Part shown: positions 1-8,231 of the stretch, piece after piece | How the letters are laid out: every line of letters begins with the position of its first letter | How positions within the stretch are numbered: position 1 is the stretch's first letter | Sequence record: DRR723986_10634 | Direction: 5' to 3' (one strand) | Length of the DNA stretch: 44,707 bases | Notes under the pieces: model-generated | Databases searched by the model: none | Told to the model about the DNA's origin: nothing | The model's input: the letters and a program-made list of their open reading frames with translations, nothing else | Translations under genes and position numbers: made by a program

Positions 1-4
1 AACA

Positions 5-31
5 TATTATTATTATTATTATTATTATTAT
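5..31. repeat. (TAT)9 trinucleotide microsatellite
   Basis: Nine perfect TAT units read directly at 5-31; on the minus strand they run into an ATG at 5..3. Confidence 0.95.
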
Positions 32-122
32 CCAAACTATTTTTATCGGCAAAGAATACTTTTAAAAAACAATACCCTATGCAGGGTAATTTTCATGACT
101 TTTCTAAGCCATCATGGTTTCC

Positions 123-130
123 TACCTTTG
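123..130 (+). promoter_or_regulatory. Bacteroidota primary-sigma -7 box for pyrF
   Basis: TACCTTTG matches TAnnTTTG, 17 nt upstream of the ATG at 148. Confidence 0.65.
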
Positions 131-147
131 TCAAAATCCTATAATCC

Positions 148-963
148 ATGACCCGAGCCGAGCTTTTCTCCCAAATCCAGAAAAAATCATCCTTTTTGTG
201 CGTAGGACTTGATGCAGATATCCATAAAATCCCTAAACACCTGAAACATGAGCCCGATCCTATTTTTAGTTTTTGCAGGGAGATTATAGAAGAAACTGCC
301 GACTATGCAGTGGCCTATAAGCCGAATATTGCCTTTTTCGAAGCATTGGGGCCAAAGGGTTGGGAGACTCTTGAAAAGGTAAATGAACTTATCCCAGAGG
401 AAATTTTCACTATTGCAGACGCAAAACGAGGTGATATTGGAAATACTTCGAAGCTTTATGCCAAAGCATTCTTCGAGAAAATGGACTTTGATTCGGTGAC
501 AGTTGCACCCTATATGGGAGCGGATAGCGTGACCCCATTTTTGGAGTTTGAAGATAAATGGGTAATTCTCTTGGCCTTGACATCGAATGCGGGTTCCATG
601 GATTTCCAGTTGATCAAAGACGAAAATGGCAAACCTTTATATCAAACGGTTTTGGAAAAAAGTCAGGAATGGGGCACTCCTGAAAACCTCATGTATGTGG
701 TTGGCGCCACACGCGGAGAGCTAATCGGAGAGGTCAGAAAGGTTGTTCCTGAAAATTTCTTTTTAGTTCCTGGAGTAGGTGCCCAGGGCGGAAGCTTAGC
801 GGATGTTGCAAAGTATGGCATGAATTCCACTTGTGGGCTTTTGGTGAACTCAAGTAGAGGGATCATATATGCTTCCGGAGAAAAAGACTTCGGAATAGCA
901 GCGAGAAGGGAGGCAAAGAAGCTGCAGGAGGAAATGGCTGGTTTGCTTGATAAATATCTTTGA
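148..963 (+). CDS. pyrF: Orotidine-5'-phosphate decarboxylase
   Basis: [15 protein letters not shown], catalytic [10 protein letters not shown] (DxKxxD), [15 protein letters not shown]. Confidence 0.97.
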   Translation: MTRAELFSQIQKKSSFLCVGLDADIHKIPKHLKHEPDPIFSFCREIIEETADYAVAYKPNIAFFEALGPKGWETLEKVNELIPEEIFTIADAKRGDIGNTSKLYAKAFFEKMDFDSVTVAPYMGADSVTPFLEFEDKWVILLALTSNAGSMDFQLIKDENGKPLYQTVLEKSQEWGTPENLMYVVGATRGELIGEVRKVVPENFFLVPGVGAQGGSLADVAKYGMNSTCGLLVNSSRGIIYASGEKDFGIAARREAKKLQEEMAGLLDKYL

Positions 964-989
964 AACTAAAGTATGTCGCTAATATTTTG

Positions 990-1020
990 AAAGTCAGGGT
1001 TTCCTGACTTTTTTGTTTTT
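990..1020 (+). terminator. Intrinsic terminator after pyrF
   Basis: AAAGTCAGG-gttt-CCTGACTTT hairpin followed by a T-run. Confidence 0.8.
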
Positions 1021-1062
1021 TAGTTTTTGGTTAAATTCAGTTGATTTTTAACCTCTATTTTT

Positions 1063-2358
1063 ATGACATTCAAAGAAGACTTTTTACAGCTTGTCTGGAA
1101 ATACCAATACTTCGAAAAGGCGAAACTACATACTACAGCTGGCGATGAGTTGAAAATAATCCAAGTTGGATTTCACAATCAGAGCGAAGGACCGGACTTC
1201 CGAGATTCCGTGGTGGTGATTGGAGGAGTAATATTTCATGGTCATGTGGAGGTGCACAGATTGGCTAGCGAATGGAAGCAGCATTCCCATGGTGGAAATC
1301 CAGCTTATAATTCCGTAGTGTTACACGTAGTTTGGGAGGATGATCTTGAAGTACTTCGAAATGACGGAACCGTAATGCCCACCTTAGAGCTGAAAGGATT
1401 GATTTATTTGGATATCTGGAGAAATTATGAGCGGATGCTGGATTTCAAATCGGACCTCCCTTGTGCACATGGGTTACGTGAGGCTCCAGAAATTGTCAGG
1501 TTTTCTACACTAGAAAAAGCTTTGGTAGAAAGACTCCAAGAAAAATCTACGTTGATTCTGCAAATTCTCAAGTCTACAACTGACAATTGGGAAGAAACAG
1601 CTTATCGATGGCTATTCACCTGCTTTGGCTTTAAGAAGAATAACGAAGCCATGAGTGAATTAGCTAGGTTGGTACCTTATAAAATTCTCCAAAAGCACAG
1701 GGATCAATTGCCAGTATTGGAAGCTTTATTGTTAGGCCAATCAGGTTTGCTTCCTTCAGAATCGGAAGAGCCCTATGTACAATTTTTGATTCGTGAATAT
1801 GATTTTTATTGTAAAAAGTATGGATGGGATTCTCCAATGAAGCGTCAACATTGGACCTTTATGGGAGTGCGTCCAAGTAATTTCCCCACACTCAGAATCG
1901 CTCAGTTAGCAGCGATTTTATCTAAGGCTCCAAATTTACTTCAGTCTGTGATGCTGGGTTCTCATGATTTCGCAGGTTTTAAAAAATTGCTAAAAGTGAA
2001 ATCGAGCGATTATTGGCAGTATCATTACAGTTTTGGTAAACCTTCAGAAAGGCAGACAAGCTCCGGAATTTCCACTCCAGCTTTAGAGCTTTTGGTGATC
2101 AATTATGTAATTCCGCTTTGGTTTGCTTATGGACGATATTTCGAAGAGCCAGACTGGCAAGAGCGCTGTTTCGATCTCCTACAGGAGGTTTCTGCGGAGA
2201 ATAATCATATCATTCGAAGATTTCAATCGCATGGCTGGCCGGCCCAGAATTCCTTTGATTCCCAGGGAATGATAGGGCTGTACAAGAATTATTGCCAGCC
2301 AAAGAAATGCCTCCAGTGTAAAATTGCCCAAGTGCTGATCAAATCAGAATCCAAATGA
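1063..2358 (+). CDS. DUF2851 family protein (unknown function)
   Basis: EDFLQLVW start, GPDF, GHVEVH, VVLHVVW, RPSNFPTLRIAQLA, C-terminal YCQPKKCLQC; matches the Bacteroidota DUF2851 pattern as I recall it. Confidence 0.85.
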   Translation: MTFKEDFLQLVWKYQYFEKAKLHTTAGDELKIIQVGFHNQSEGPDFRDSVVVIGGVIFHGHVEVHRLASEWKQHSHGGNPAYNSVVLHVVWEDDLEVLRNDGTVMPTLELKGLIYLDIWRNYERMLDFKSDLPCAHGLREAPEIVRFSTLEKALVERLQEKSTLILQILKSTTDNWEETAYRWLFTCFGFKKNNEAMSELARLVPYKILQKHRDQLPVLEALLLGQSGLLPSESEEPYVQFLIREYDFYCKKYGWDSPMKRQHWTFMGVRPSNFPTLRIAQLAAILSKAPNLLQSVMLGSHDFAGFKKLLKVKSSDYWQYHYSFGKPSERQTSSGISTPALELLVINYVIPLWFAYGRYFEEPDWQERCFDLLQEVSAENNHIIRRFQSHGWPAQNSFDSQGMIGLYKNYCQPKKCLQCKIAQVLIKSESK

Positions 2359-2384
2359 TTTTTGGGTAAGCCAGTGAATTCCTG

Positions 2385-2392
2385 TATTTTTG
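2385..2392 (+). promoter_or_regulatory. -7 promoter box for acetyltransferase gene
   Basis: TATTTTTG (TAnnTTTG); it overlaps the ORF-track TTG start and so supports ATG 2414 as the real start. Confidence 0.6.
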
Positions 2393-2413
2393 CAGCCTGA
2401 ATTGCAGAAAACT

Positions 2414-3049
2414 ATGGAAAAACCAGTTATAATTTTTGGTGCTAAAGGCATCGCACATCCAGCACTTGAGATTTTCAACAGTAACAATGTAGTTGTGTAT
2501 GGATTTTTGGATGAGGACGAAAAAATCCACGGAGCAGAGATCAATACGGTTTCAGTTCTTGGCAATCCTGAGGATGACGGTTTCTTAAAGTTAATCGGTC
2601 AGAAGACAGAAGCATTTGTAGCCGAAGAAAATCCTAAATACCGCAAATTCTTAGTGGAATTGTTGAATGATCGTCGCAAGGTGCAGCCGGTGAATGCGAT
2701 CCATCAGCGTTCTTATATTTCCACTGACGCTATCATTGGTCATGGTAATTTCATCAATGCCAATGTAAATATCGGAGCCGGGGTTGAAATTGGAAGCCAC
2801 TGTATTATCAATTCGGCGGCAGTGATTGAACATAAAGCTAAATTAGGCGACTTCGTCCAAATTGGTGCTGGATCGGTGATCAATTCCGATGTGATAATAG
2901 AAGAAGGAGCTTTCATTGGCTCAGGAGCTACTATTGTGTCTGGAGTTACGATTGGTAAAAATGCCCGAGTAGGCGCTGGATCAGTAGTAATAGCTACGGT
3001 TGGCTCGAATGAAACTGTTTTTGGTAACCCAGCAGCAAAAGTTAAATAA
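2414..3049 (+). CDS. NeuD/PglD-family acetyltransferase (hexapeptide left-handed beta-helix)
   Basis: N-terminal IIFGAKG, GFLD, hexapeptide repeats, EH dyad (VIEHKA), C-terminal GAGSVV...GNPA. Start moved to ATG 2414. Confidence 0.85.
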   Translation: MEKPVIIFGAKGIAHPALEIFNSNNVVVYGFLDEDEKIHGAEINTVSVLGNPEDDGFLKLIGQKTEAFVAEENPKYRKFLVELLNDRRKVQPVNAIHQRSYISTDAIIGHGNFINANVNIGAGVEIGSHCIINSAAVIEHKAKLGDFVQIGAGSVINSDVIIEEGAFIGSGATIVSGVTIGKNARVGAGSVVIATVGSNETVFGNPAAKVK

Positions 3050-3075
3050 ATTAGAAATTTCAAATTATAAATCCC
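3048..3075. repeat. Degenerate heptamer tandem array (4 units)
   Basis: AAATTAG AAATTTC AAATTAT AAATCCC, immediately at the stop codon. Confidence 0.45.
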
Positions 3076-3105
3076 TAAACACCCTGCCGCAACAGGGCTA
3101 CAGTT

Positions 3106-4074
3106 ATGGAAAACAAAAACTATCAAATTCTCCTTTACTACTGCTACGCAAAGATTGAAAATCCTGAAGAATACCGCGAGCAGCATCACCTATTTTGTAT
3201 CGAAAACAACATTCGAGGCCGCATCATTATCTCTGATGAAGGGTTGAACGGTACAGTTTCCGGCTTGGAAGAAGACTGTGAGAAATACATGGCTTATATC
3301 CATGCTGATCCGCGTTTCGCAAAAACTGAGTTCAAAATAGATTCTCATAATACCCATGCATTTACCAAAATTCATGTGCGCTACAAGCCTGAGATTGTCC
3401 ATAGTGCACTAAGACATCTGGATCCTAATGTGAGAACAGGCAAGCATCTTGATCCAGAGGAATTCAAGAAACTAAAGGATCAGGAAGATGTGGTAATCTT
3501 GGATGTACGCTCTAATTACGAACATGAGCTTGGACGCTTTAAAAATGCCTTGACCCTTGATATTGATAACTTCCGTGATTTTCCTGAGAAAGTGAAAGAA
3601 CTGGAGCATCTGAAAAACAAGAAAGTATTGACTTATTGCACCGGAGGAATCAAGTGCGAAAAAGCTTCTGCTTTTCTTTTAGAGCAGGGTTTTGAAGATG
3701 TGTACCAACTTCATGGAGGGATCATCAAATACGGCATGGAAGCTGGAGGCGAAGATTTTGAAGGCAAATGCTACGTGTTTGACAATCGAATAGCTGTAGA
3801 TGTGAATAAAGTAAATCCCAAAGTTGTGTCTAAATGCCACGTGTGCGGCACACCTTCGGATCGAATGGTCAACTGTGCCAATCAGACTTGTAATGCACAC
3901 GTCCCGATGTGTGAAGAATGTGGCTGGGAAATGGAAGGCGCCTGTTCTACAGAATGCAAAGAAAACCCGGAAAAAAGAGCCTATGACGGTACTGGGTATT
4001 ACCAAAAAAATACCAATGGTTACAATCCATATAAAGGGCTTGTCCGTAAAGCCAAAGAAAAATCAAATGCTTAA
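3106..4074 (+). CDS. trhO: Rhodanese-domain tRNA uridine(34) hydroxylase, TrhO/YceA family
   Basis: GRIIISDEGLNGT, LDVRSNYE, YCTGGIKCEK, QLHGGIIKY, GKCYVFDNR and a Cys-rich C-terminal domain. Confidence 0.85.
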   Translation: MENKNYQILLYYCYAKIENPEEYREQHHLFCIENNIRGRIIISDEGLNGTVSGLEEDCEKYMAYIHADPRFAKTEFKIDSHNTHAFTKIHVRYKPEIVHSALRHLDPNVRTGKHLDPEEFKKLKDQEDVVILDVRSNYEHELGRFKNALTLDIDNFRDFPEKVKELEHLKNKKVLTYCTGGIKCEKASAFLLEQGFEDVYQLHGGIIKYGMEAGGEDFEGKCYVFDNRIAVDVNKVNPKVVSKCHVCGTPSDRMVNCANQTCNAHVPMCEECGWEMEGACSTECKENPEKRAYDGTGYYQKNTNGYNPYKGLVRKAKEKSNA

Positions 4075-4082
4075 CTTGTAGT

Positions 4083-4940
4083 GTGAGCAGACAAATTCCA
4101 GAATCCGAATTGATATTAAATGCTGATGGAAGCATTTATCATTTGCATTTGAAGCCAGAGAACCTGGCTTCTCTTGTTTTTACAGTTGGTGATCCCGACC
4201 GGGTTTCACTTGTGTCCAAATACTTCGATCAGATTGATTTCAAAGGGAGTAAGCGTGAATTTGTAACGCATACCGGGAGACTGAATGGTAAAAGAGTGAC
4301 TGTGATGAGCACGGGTATGGGGACTGACAATGTCGAGATTCTGATGACTGAATTGGATTCTTTAGTCAATGTAGATCTGAAAACACATACTGTAAAGCCA
4401 ACGGAGACCAGTCTCGAAATTATCCGCTTAGGTACTTCTGGAAGCATGCAGGCAGATTTGCCAGTTGGAAGTCTGCTGGCATCTGAGATTGCAATAGGTT
4501 TAGATACATTGATGCAGTTTTATCCAAAACTTGAGGGTAACCAAGATTGGGCATTAGTAGTGAAACAGACGCTCGATTTGGCTTTTTTACCTTATCAAGC
4601 TTCCGCTTCGAGTGAGCTTGTGCAAAAATTACCCACTGAATTTCATCGTGGTGTCACGCTCACTGCACCTGGGTTTTATGCTCCACAGGGCAGGGAAATT
4701 AGGCTTAAGCCAAAGATGGAAAATATGATCGAACGACTGGCCGATCTGAAAGTAGATGGATTGAAAATGACCAATTTCGAGATGGAGACTGCTGGCTACT
4801 ATGCTATGGGGCAACTACTTAACCACCGAATGCTAAGCTTAAATGCCATAGTAGCAAATCGGCCAAGTGGGGAGTTTGATAAAGAAGCTGAAAAAACCGT
4901 GGATCGTATGATCCGCGCAGCCCTAGAAGTTTATTGTTGA
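4083..4940 (+). CDS. Nucleoside phosphorylase (PNP/UDP family, uridine phosphorylase-like)
   Basis: GSIYHL, VGDPDRV, REF, STGMGTDN, IIRLGTSG, GFYAPQGR, NFEMET; GTG start. Confidence 0.9.
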   Translation: MSRQIPESELILNADGSIYHLHLKPENLASLVFTVGDPDRVSLVSKYFDQIDFKGSKREFVTHTGRLNGKRVTVMSTGMGTDNVEILMTELDSLVNVDLKTHTVKPTETSLEIIRLGTSGSMQADLPVGSLLASEIAIGLDTLMQFYPKLEGNQDWALVVKQTLDLAFLPYQASASSELVQKLPTEFHRGVTLTAPGFYAPQGREIRLKPKMENMIERLADLKVDGLKMTNFEMETAGYYAMGQLLNHRMLSLNAIVANRPSGEFDKEAEKTVDRMIRAALEVYC

Positions 4941-4952
4941 AAAAATCACCCT

Positions 4953-5228
4953 TTACGCTTGGAATTGATTGTTGAAAATGGGCTTTTCTAATTTAAAGTC
5001 CTCCCATTCATGGTAATCAATATCCTGAATTATTTTGTTCATGAATTCTGCACATTCTTGCTTGCATAAGTAGATGCCAAAAAGTGATTCATTTCTATTG
5101 ACAAGAAATGTTCTGCCGCTGTCAAAAATACGTACAAGGTCTTTCCAGGAACCTAAAACGAGTAGCTCATCACGATTTTTTATGGTTTGGATTACTTTAA
5201 AATCCCCTAAAACGCTTGATATTTTCAT
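4953..5228 (-). CDS. Hypothetical 91-aa protein
   Basis: ATG-initiated ORF fills the intergenic gap, has an A-rich leader and its own -7 box. Confidence 0.7.
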   Translation of the reverse strand: MKISSVLGDFKVIQTIKNRDELLVLGSWKDLVRIFDSGRTFLVNRNESLFGIYLCKQECAEFMNKIIQDIDYHEWEDFKLEKPIFNNQFQA

Positions 5229-5260
5229 CTTAAAAAAATCTTTGTGAAGAATTATTTAAC

Positions 5261-5268
5261 CAAACTTA
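5261..5268 (-). promoter_or_regulatory. -7 promoter box for the 91-aa gene
   Basis: Minus strand reads TAAGTTTG (TAnnTTTG). Confidence 0.6.
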
Positions 5269-5289
5269 CCCAATAAAACAGCGTAGCTC

Positions 5290-5309
5290 AATACGTGGTA
5301 ATACGTATT
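5290..5309. promoter_or_regulatory. Candidate NarL/LuxR-type response regulator binding site
   Basis: AATACGTggtAATACGTATT: a 7-bp direct repeat at 10-bp spacing whose ends are also inverted (AATACGT...ACGTATT), about 20 bp upstream of the -7 box. Confidence 0.45.
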
Positions 5310-5338
5310 TTTTTTATTTGGATTATAGCAAAAAGCTA

Positions 5339-5974
5339 TTAGTCAATAATTTCACGATTCTTTTGAGCCCATATCAGCAAAGAATTGTGCTTTTTTTCAA
5401 GTTGAAGCTTTGCAATCATATTGCTCCTGTGCTTTTCAACTGTTCGTTCAGAAATAAAAAGTTTGTCAGCGATATCTTTGGTAGAAATCCCTTCGGCGAT
5501 TAATCTTAGTATTTTTACTTCAGATGGAGTTAGTGGATTCTCATCTCTGGCGAATTTGTTTTCTTTTATCCCTTCAAAAATTTTCTCGCTAAAAAAATGC
5601 CCTCCTTCCAAAACGATAGAGATAGCTTTGGAAAGATCTTCTAAAGCGAATTCCTTCAAAATATAAGCCGATAGGTTTAGCTCTTTTGCCTGATGATAAA
5701 GATATAGTTCCTTATGAAGGGTGAGTAAAATGACTTTCGTATCAATCCCTAATATTTTGCAATCCGAAGCAATTTCAAGCCCAGTTTTAAAGGGCATTTC
5801 CATGTCTATAATGGCAAGTTGTGGCTTCATTTTCATAATCAAGTCAAATGCTGCTTGTCCATCTTTTGCTATCCCAACAACATCCAATCCAAATTCACCC
5901 AGAAATTCCTGCAATCCTTTTAATAAGATCGGGTGATCATCTGCGATAACGACGGTGGGTTTTTGATTAGACAT
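5339..5974 (-). CDS. NarL/FixJ-family DNA-binding response regulator
   Basis: REC domain (IADDH, IDMEMP, LT, YILK) plus LuxR HTH (LTPSE...IADKLFISERTVEKHRSN). Start is ATG 5974 or 5980. Confidence 0.95.
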   Translation of the reverse strand: MSNQKPTVVIADDHPILLKGLQEFLGEFGLDVVGIAKDGQAAFDLIMKMKPQLAIIDMEMPFKTGLEIASDCKILGIDTKVILLTLHKELYLYHQAKELNLSAYILKEFALEDLSKAISIVLEGGHFFSEKIFEGIKENKFARDENPLTPSEVKILRLIAEGISTKDIADKLFISERTVEKHRSNMIAKLQLEKKHNSLLIWAQKNREIID

Positions 5975-7958
5975 AAACAATAAAACTTAAGCTGGTTCCG
6001 ACTCCCTTCTCACTGTTGATTTTCATACTTCCATTTAGCGCAGCAATACGTTCTTTAAGGGTTTTTAGTCCGAGACTTTGAAAATCATTGAATTTCTCAG
6101 AAAAATCAAAACCTTTTCCATTGTCTTCAATTTTCAACTCTACTCTGTTTTCAATTTTATTAAGTAATACGCGCAATGCACTTGCTTGAGAATGCTTCAG
6201 GACATTATTTATCGATTCTTGCAAGATTCTATAGAGTTGAAGTTCCTCATCTTTGTGCAGGACACCCTTCAACTCTTCAATTTCAGAAGATACAAAGATG
6301 TCGGTTTCATTATCGATCTGATCAAGTAAATGTTCGGCTGCTTTGCTTAGTCCAAGCTTTTCTAATTGCATAGGGTGCAGCGATCTGGCTATTGATCTTA
6401 ATTCGCTGATCGCCGTATCCAGCAACTCACCTGTTGTATTGTCTTTTGACAGCGCAACTTTGTTTTTTATCAAAAGTAGGCTTTGGCCTAAGCCATCGTG
6501 AAGATCCTTTGATATACGAACCCGTTCGGCTTCTTGATTCTTGAGTAGCTCCTGGGAAAATCTTGACTGCATTTCTTTCTTTTTCTTCTCGTGCTGCAAA
6601 TTTTTCCACAGAAAAATGACTACCCCTGCTATGATCAGTATAAAAACCATAATACTAATCAGCCTTAGTCTGGCCTGATTTTTCCGGCTGATAGATTCTA
6701 TCTCTTGAGTTTTTGTTAGAATTTCTTTTTCCTTTCTCTCCGTCTCATAAAGCGTTTGGAAATAGGAAAAAGTAGTGGCTTGATTGGAAGCGAAAATTGA
6801 ATCGGTGTAATGCGTTAATTTTTGCCTGATTTCAAAGGCTTTCTCTGATTGGCCCAATTCATTGTAAGTATCACCCAAAAGCTTGTAGGCTTTTATCAAA
6901 TGATCCATGTTTTTTGATTCTCTGGCTGCATCTAAAGAGACATTGGCTAGTTGATTTGCGGTTAGAAAATTACCCTGAGAATATTCTAACAGCGCTTTTG
7001 CATTGAGGTAAACAGGGTTGGTAGTCGCTAGTTCAGGAACTTGGGATACCATATCTTGGGCTTGGGAAAAGAATTCTTTTTGCTTTACCAAATTTCCTTG
7101 CTCTCCATAGAAATTGCTAAGGGAAAGTTTGATTATACTTTCAGTGTAGAAATCCCGCGGATCAAACGGTGTCAAGGAATCTGCTCGGAGGAGATAGGTT
7201 TCTTGATCTTTTAATTTCCCCTGTTTTCCATAATCTTCGGCTTGATTGTATATCTGGATCGCTACATTAAAAATGCTTTCTTCTTCTTGATACGTTGAGA
7301 TCAAAGCGGTTCTGATTTTTTCAGCTTCATTAAAAATCGAAAATTTGCTAAAAAGAATAGCCATGCCTCCATCTACGTAGTTTACATATTCTTTATCTCC
7401 AAGTTTGGAATAGATATCTCTCGCCTGCTGATAATCTTGCATACTACGAAGTAGCTCCCCCTTGTAATCCCTCGCTTGACCTCTAAAAAAATAAGAGTCT
7501 GCGATAAAAATGGAATCCTCTTCAGTAAATCTATCTATGGCATGTCCATATTCCACAATCGCAGAGTCAAATTGCTCGTATCCAAAATATTCGCCGGCTA
7601 ATTTTAGGTGGAGGTTTCCTTTATCTTCGGATTTACTTAGCTCGTTTTCATGGGTAATGGCATTTTTCAGCATTCCTCTTTTCAGCTCAGGATCCTGAAC
7701 AGAAGGTGAAGGATGATGGACCATCTTAAGCACATAATCTGCCATCAGGTCAAACTTTCCTAGTTTCTCACTTTGAATGATTAGCTTCTTTAGATAGACA
7801 CCGGCTATGGAATCTCCGGGTTCGGTAGCTTCAAATAAAGTAGCTAAATGTGATAGGTCTGTTTGCTGAATGGTGTCTTGAGTAGCTTGGGCTATAGAGC
7901 GAGTGCTAATTAGTATACAGGCTAGCACACAGCTCATTAAGAAAAACAATCTAATCAT
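5967..7958 (-). CDS. Sensor histidine kinase with periplasmic TPR-like domain (HisKA_3/HATPase)
   Basis: Signal peptide, helical TPR-like repeats, one TM helix (LISIMVFILIIAGVVIFLW), ERVRISKDLHDGLGQ H-box, QESINNVLKHS, DNGKGF, GLKTLKER. Confidence 0.92.
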   Translation of the reverse strand: MIRLFFLMSCVLACILISTRSIAQATQDTIQQTDLSHLATLFEATEPGDSIAGVYLKKLIIQSEKLGKFDLMADYVLKMVHHPSPSVQDPELKRGMLKNAITHENELSKSEDKGNLHLKLAGEYFGYEQFDSAIVEYGHAIDRFTEEDSIFIADSYFFRGQARDYKGELLRSMQDYQQARDIYSKLGDKEYVNYVDGGMAILFSKFSIFNEAEKIRTALISTYQEEESIFNVAIQIYNQAEDYGKQGKLKDQETYLLRADSLTPFDPRDFYTESIIKLSLSNFYGEQGNLVKQKEFFSQAQDMVSQVPELATTNPVYLNAKALLEYSQGNFLTANQLANVSLDAARESKNMDHLIKAYKLLGDTYNELGQSEKAFEIRQKLTHYTDSIFASNQATTFSYFQTLYETERKEKEILTKTQEIESISRKNQARLRLISIMVFILIIAGVVIFLWKNLQHEKKKKEMQSRFSQELLKNQEAERVRISKDLHDGLGQSLLLIKNKVALSKDNTTGELLDTAISELRSIARSLHPMQLEKLGLSKAAEHLLDQIDNETDIFVSSEIEELKGVLHKDEELQLYRILQESINNVLKHSQASALRVLLNKIENRVELKIEDNGKGFDFSEKFNDFQSLGLKTLKERIAALNGSMKINSEKGVGTSLSFIVYV

Positions 7959-8231
7959 TTTTAAAGATAGGTAAATGATTCACTAGCTGGTCAATAATAT
8001 CCAAGGGAATAAAAAAATCCTAACGCATGAGAAAATCCTTACCGTTTGAACTGATAATTTTCTCATTATACAGACATTTTTCCATATAACATGTTTTGTC
8101 TTAAAAGTAAAACCTTAGTGCTTTTTAGAAGTTAATACATGTGTGTTCAATTGTAAGATATTGACCTTAAAGGTTTTAAAAATCAGCCTCTAGACTCGCA
8201 AATTTTAAACTTCTATTTTCTATCTATTCTT

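Noticed and set aside
8014..8039. AAAATCCT direct repeat in the kinase/TonB receptor divergent spacer
   Set aside because: Two 8-bp AT-rich copies are within chance expectation and have no supporting context.
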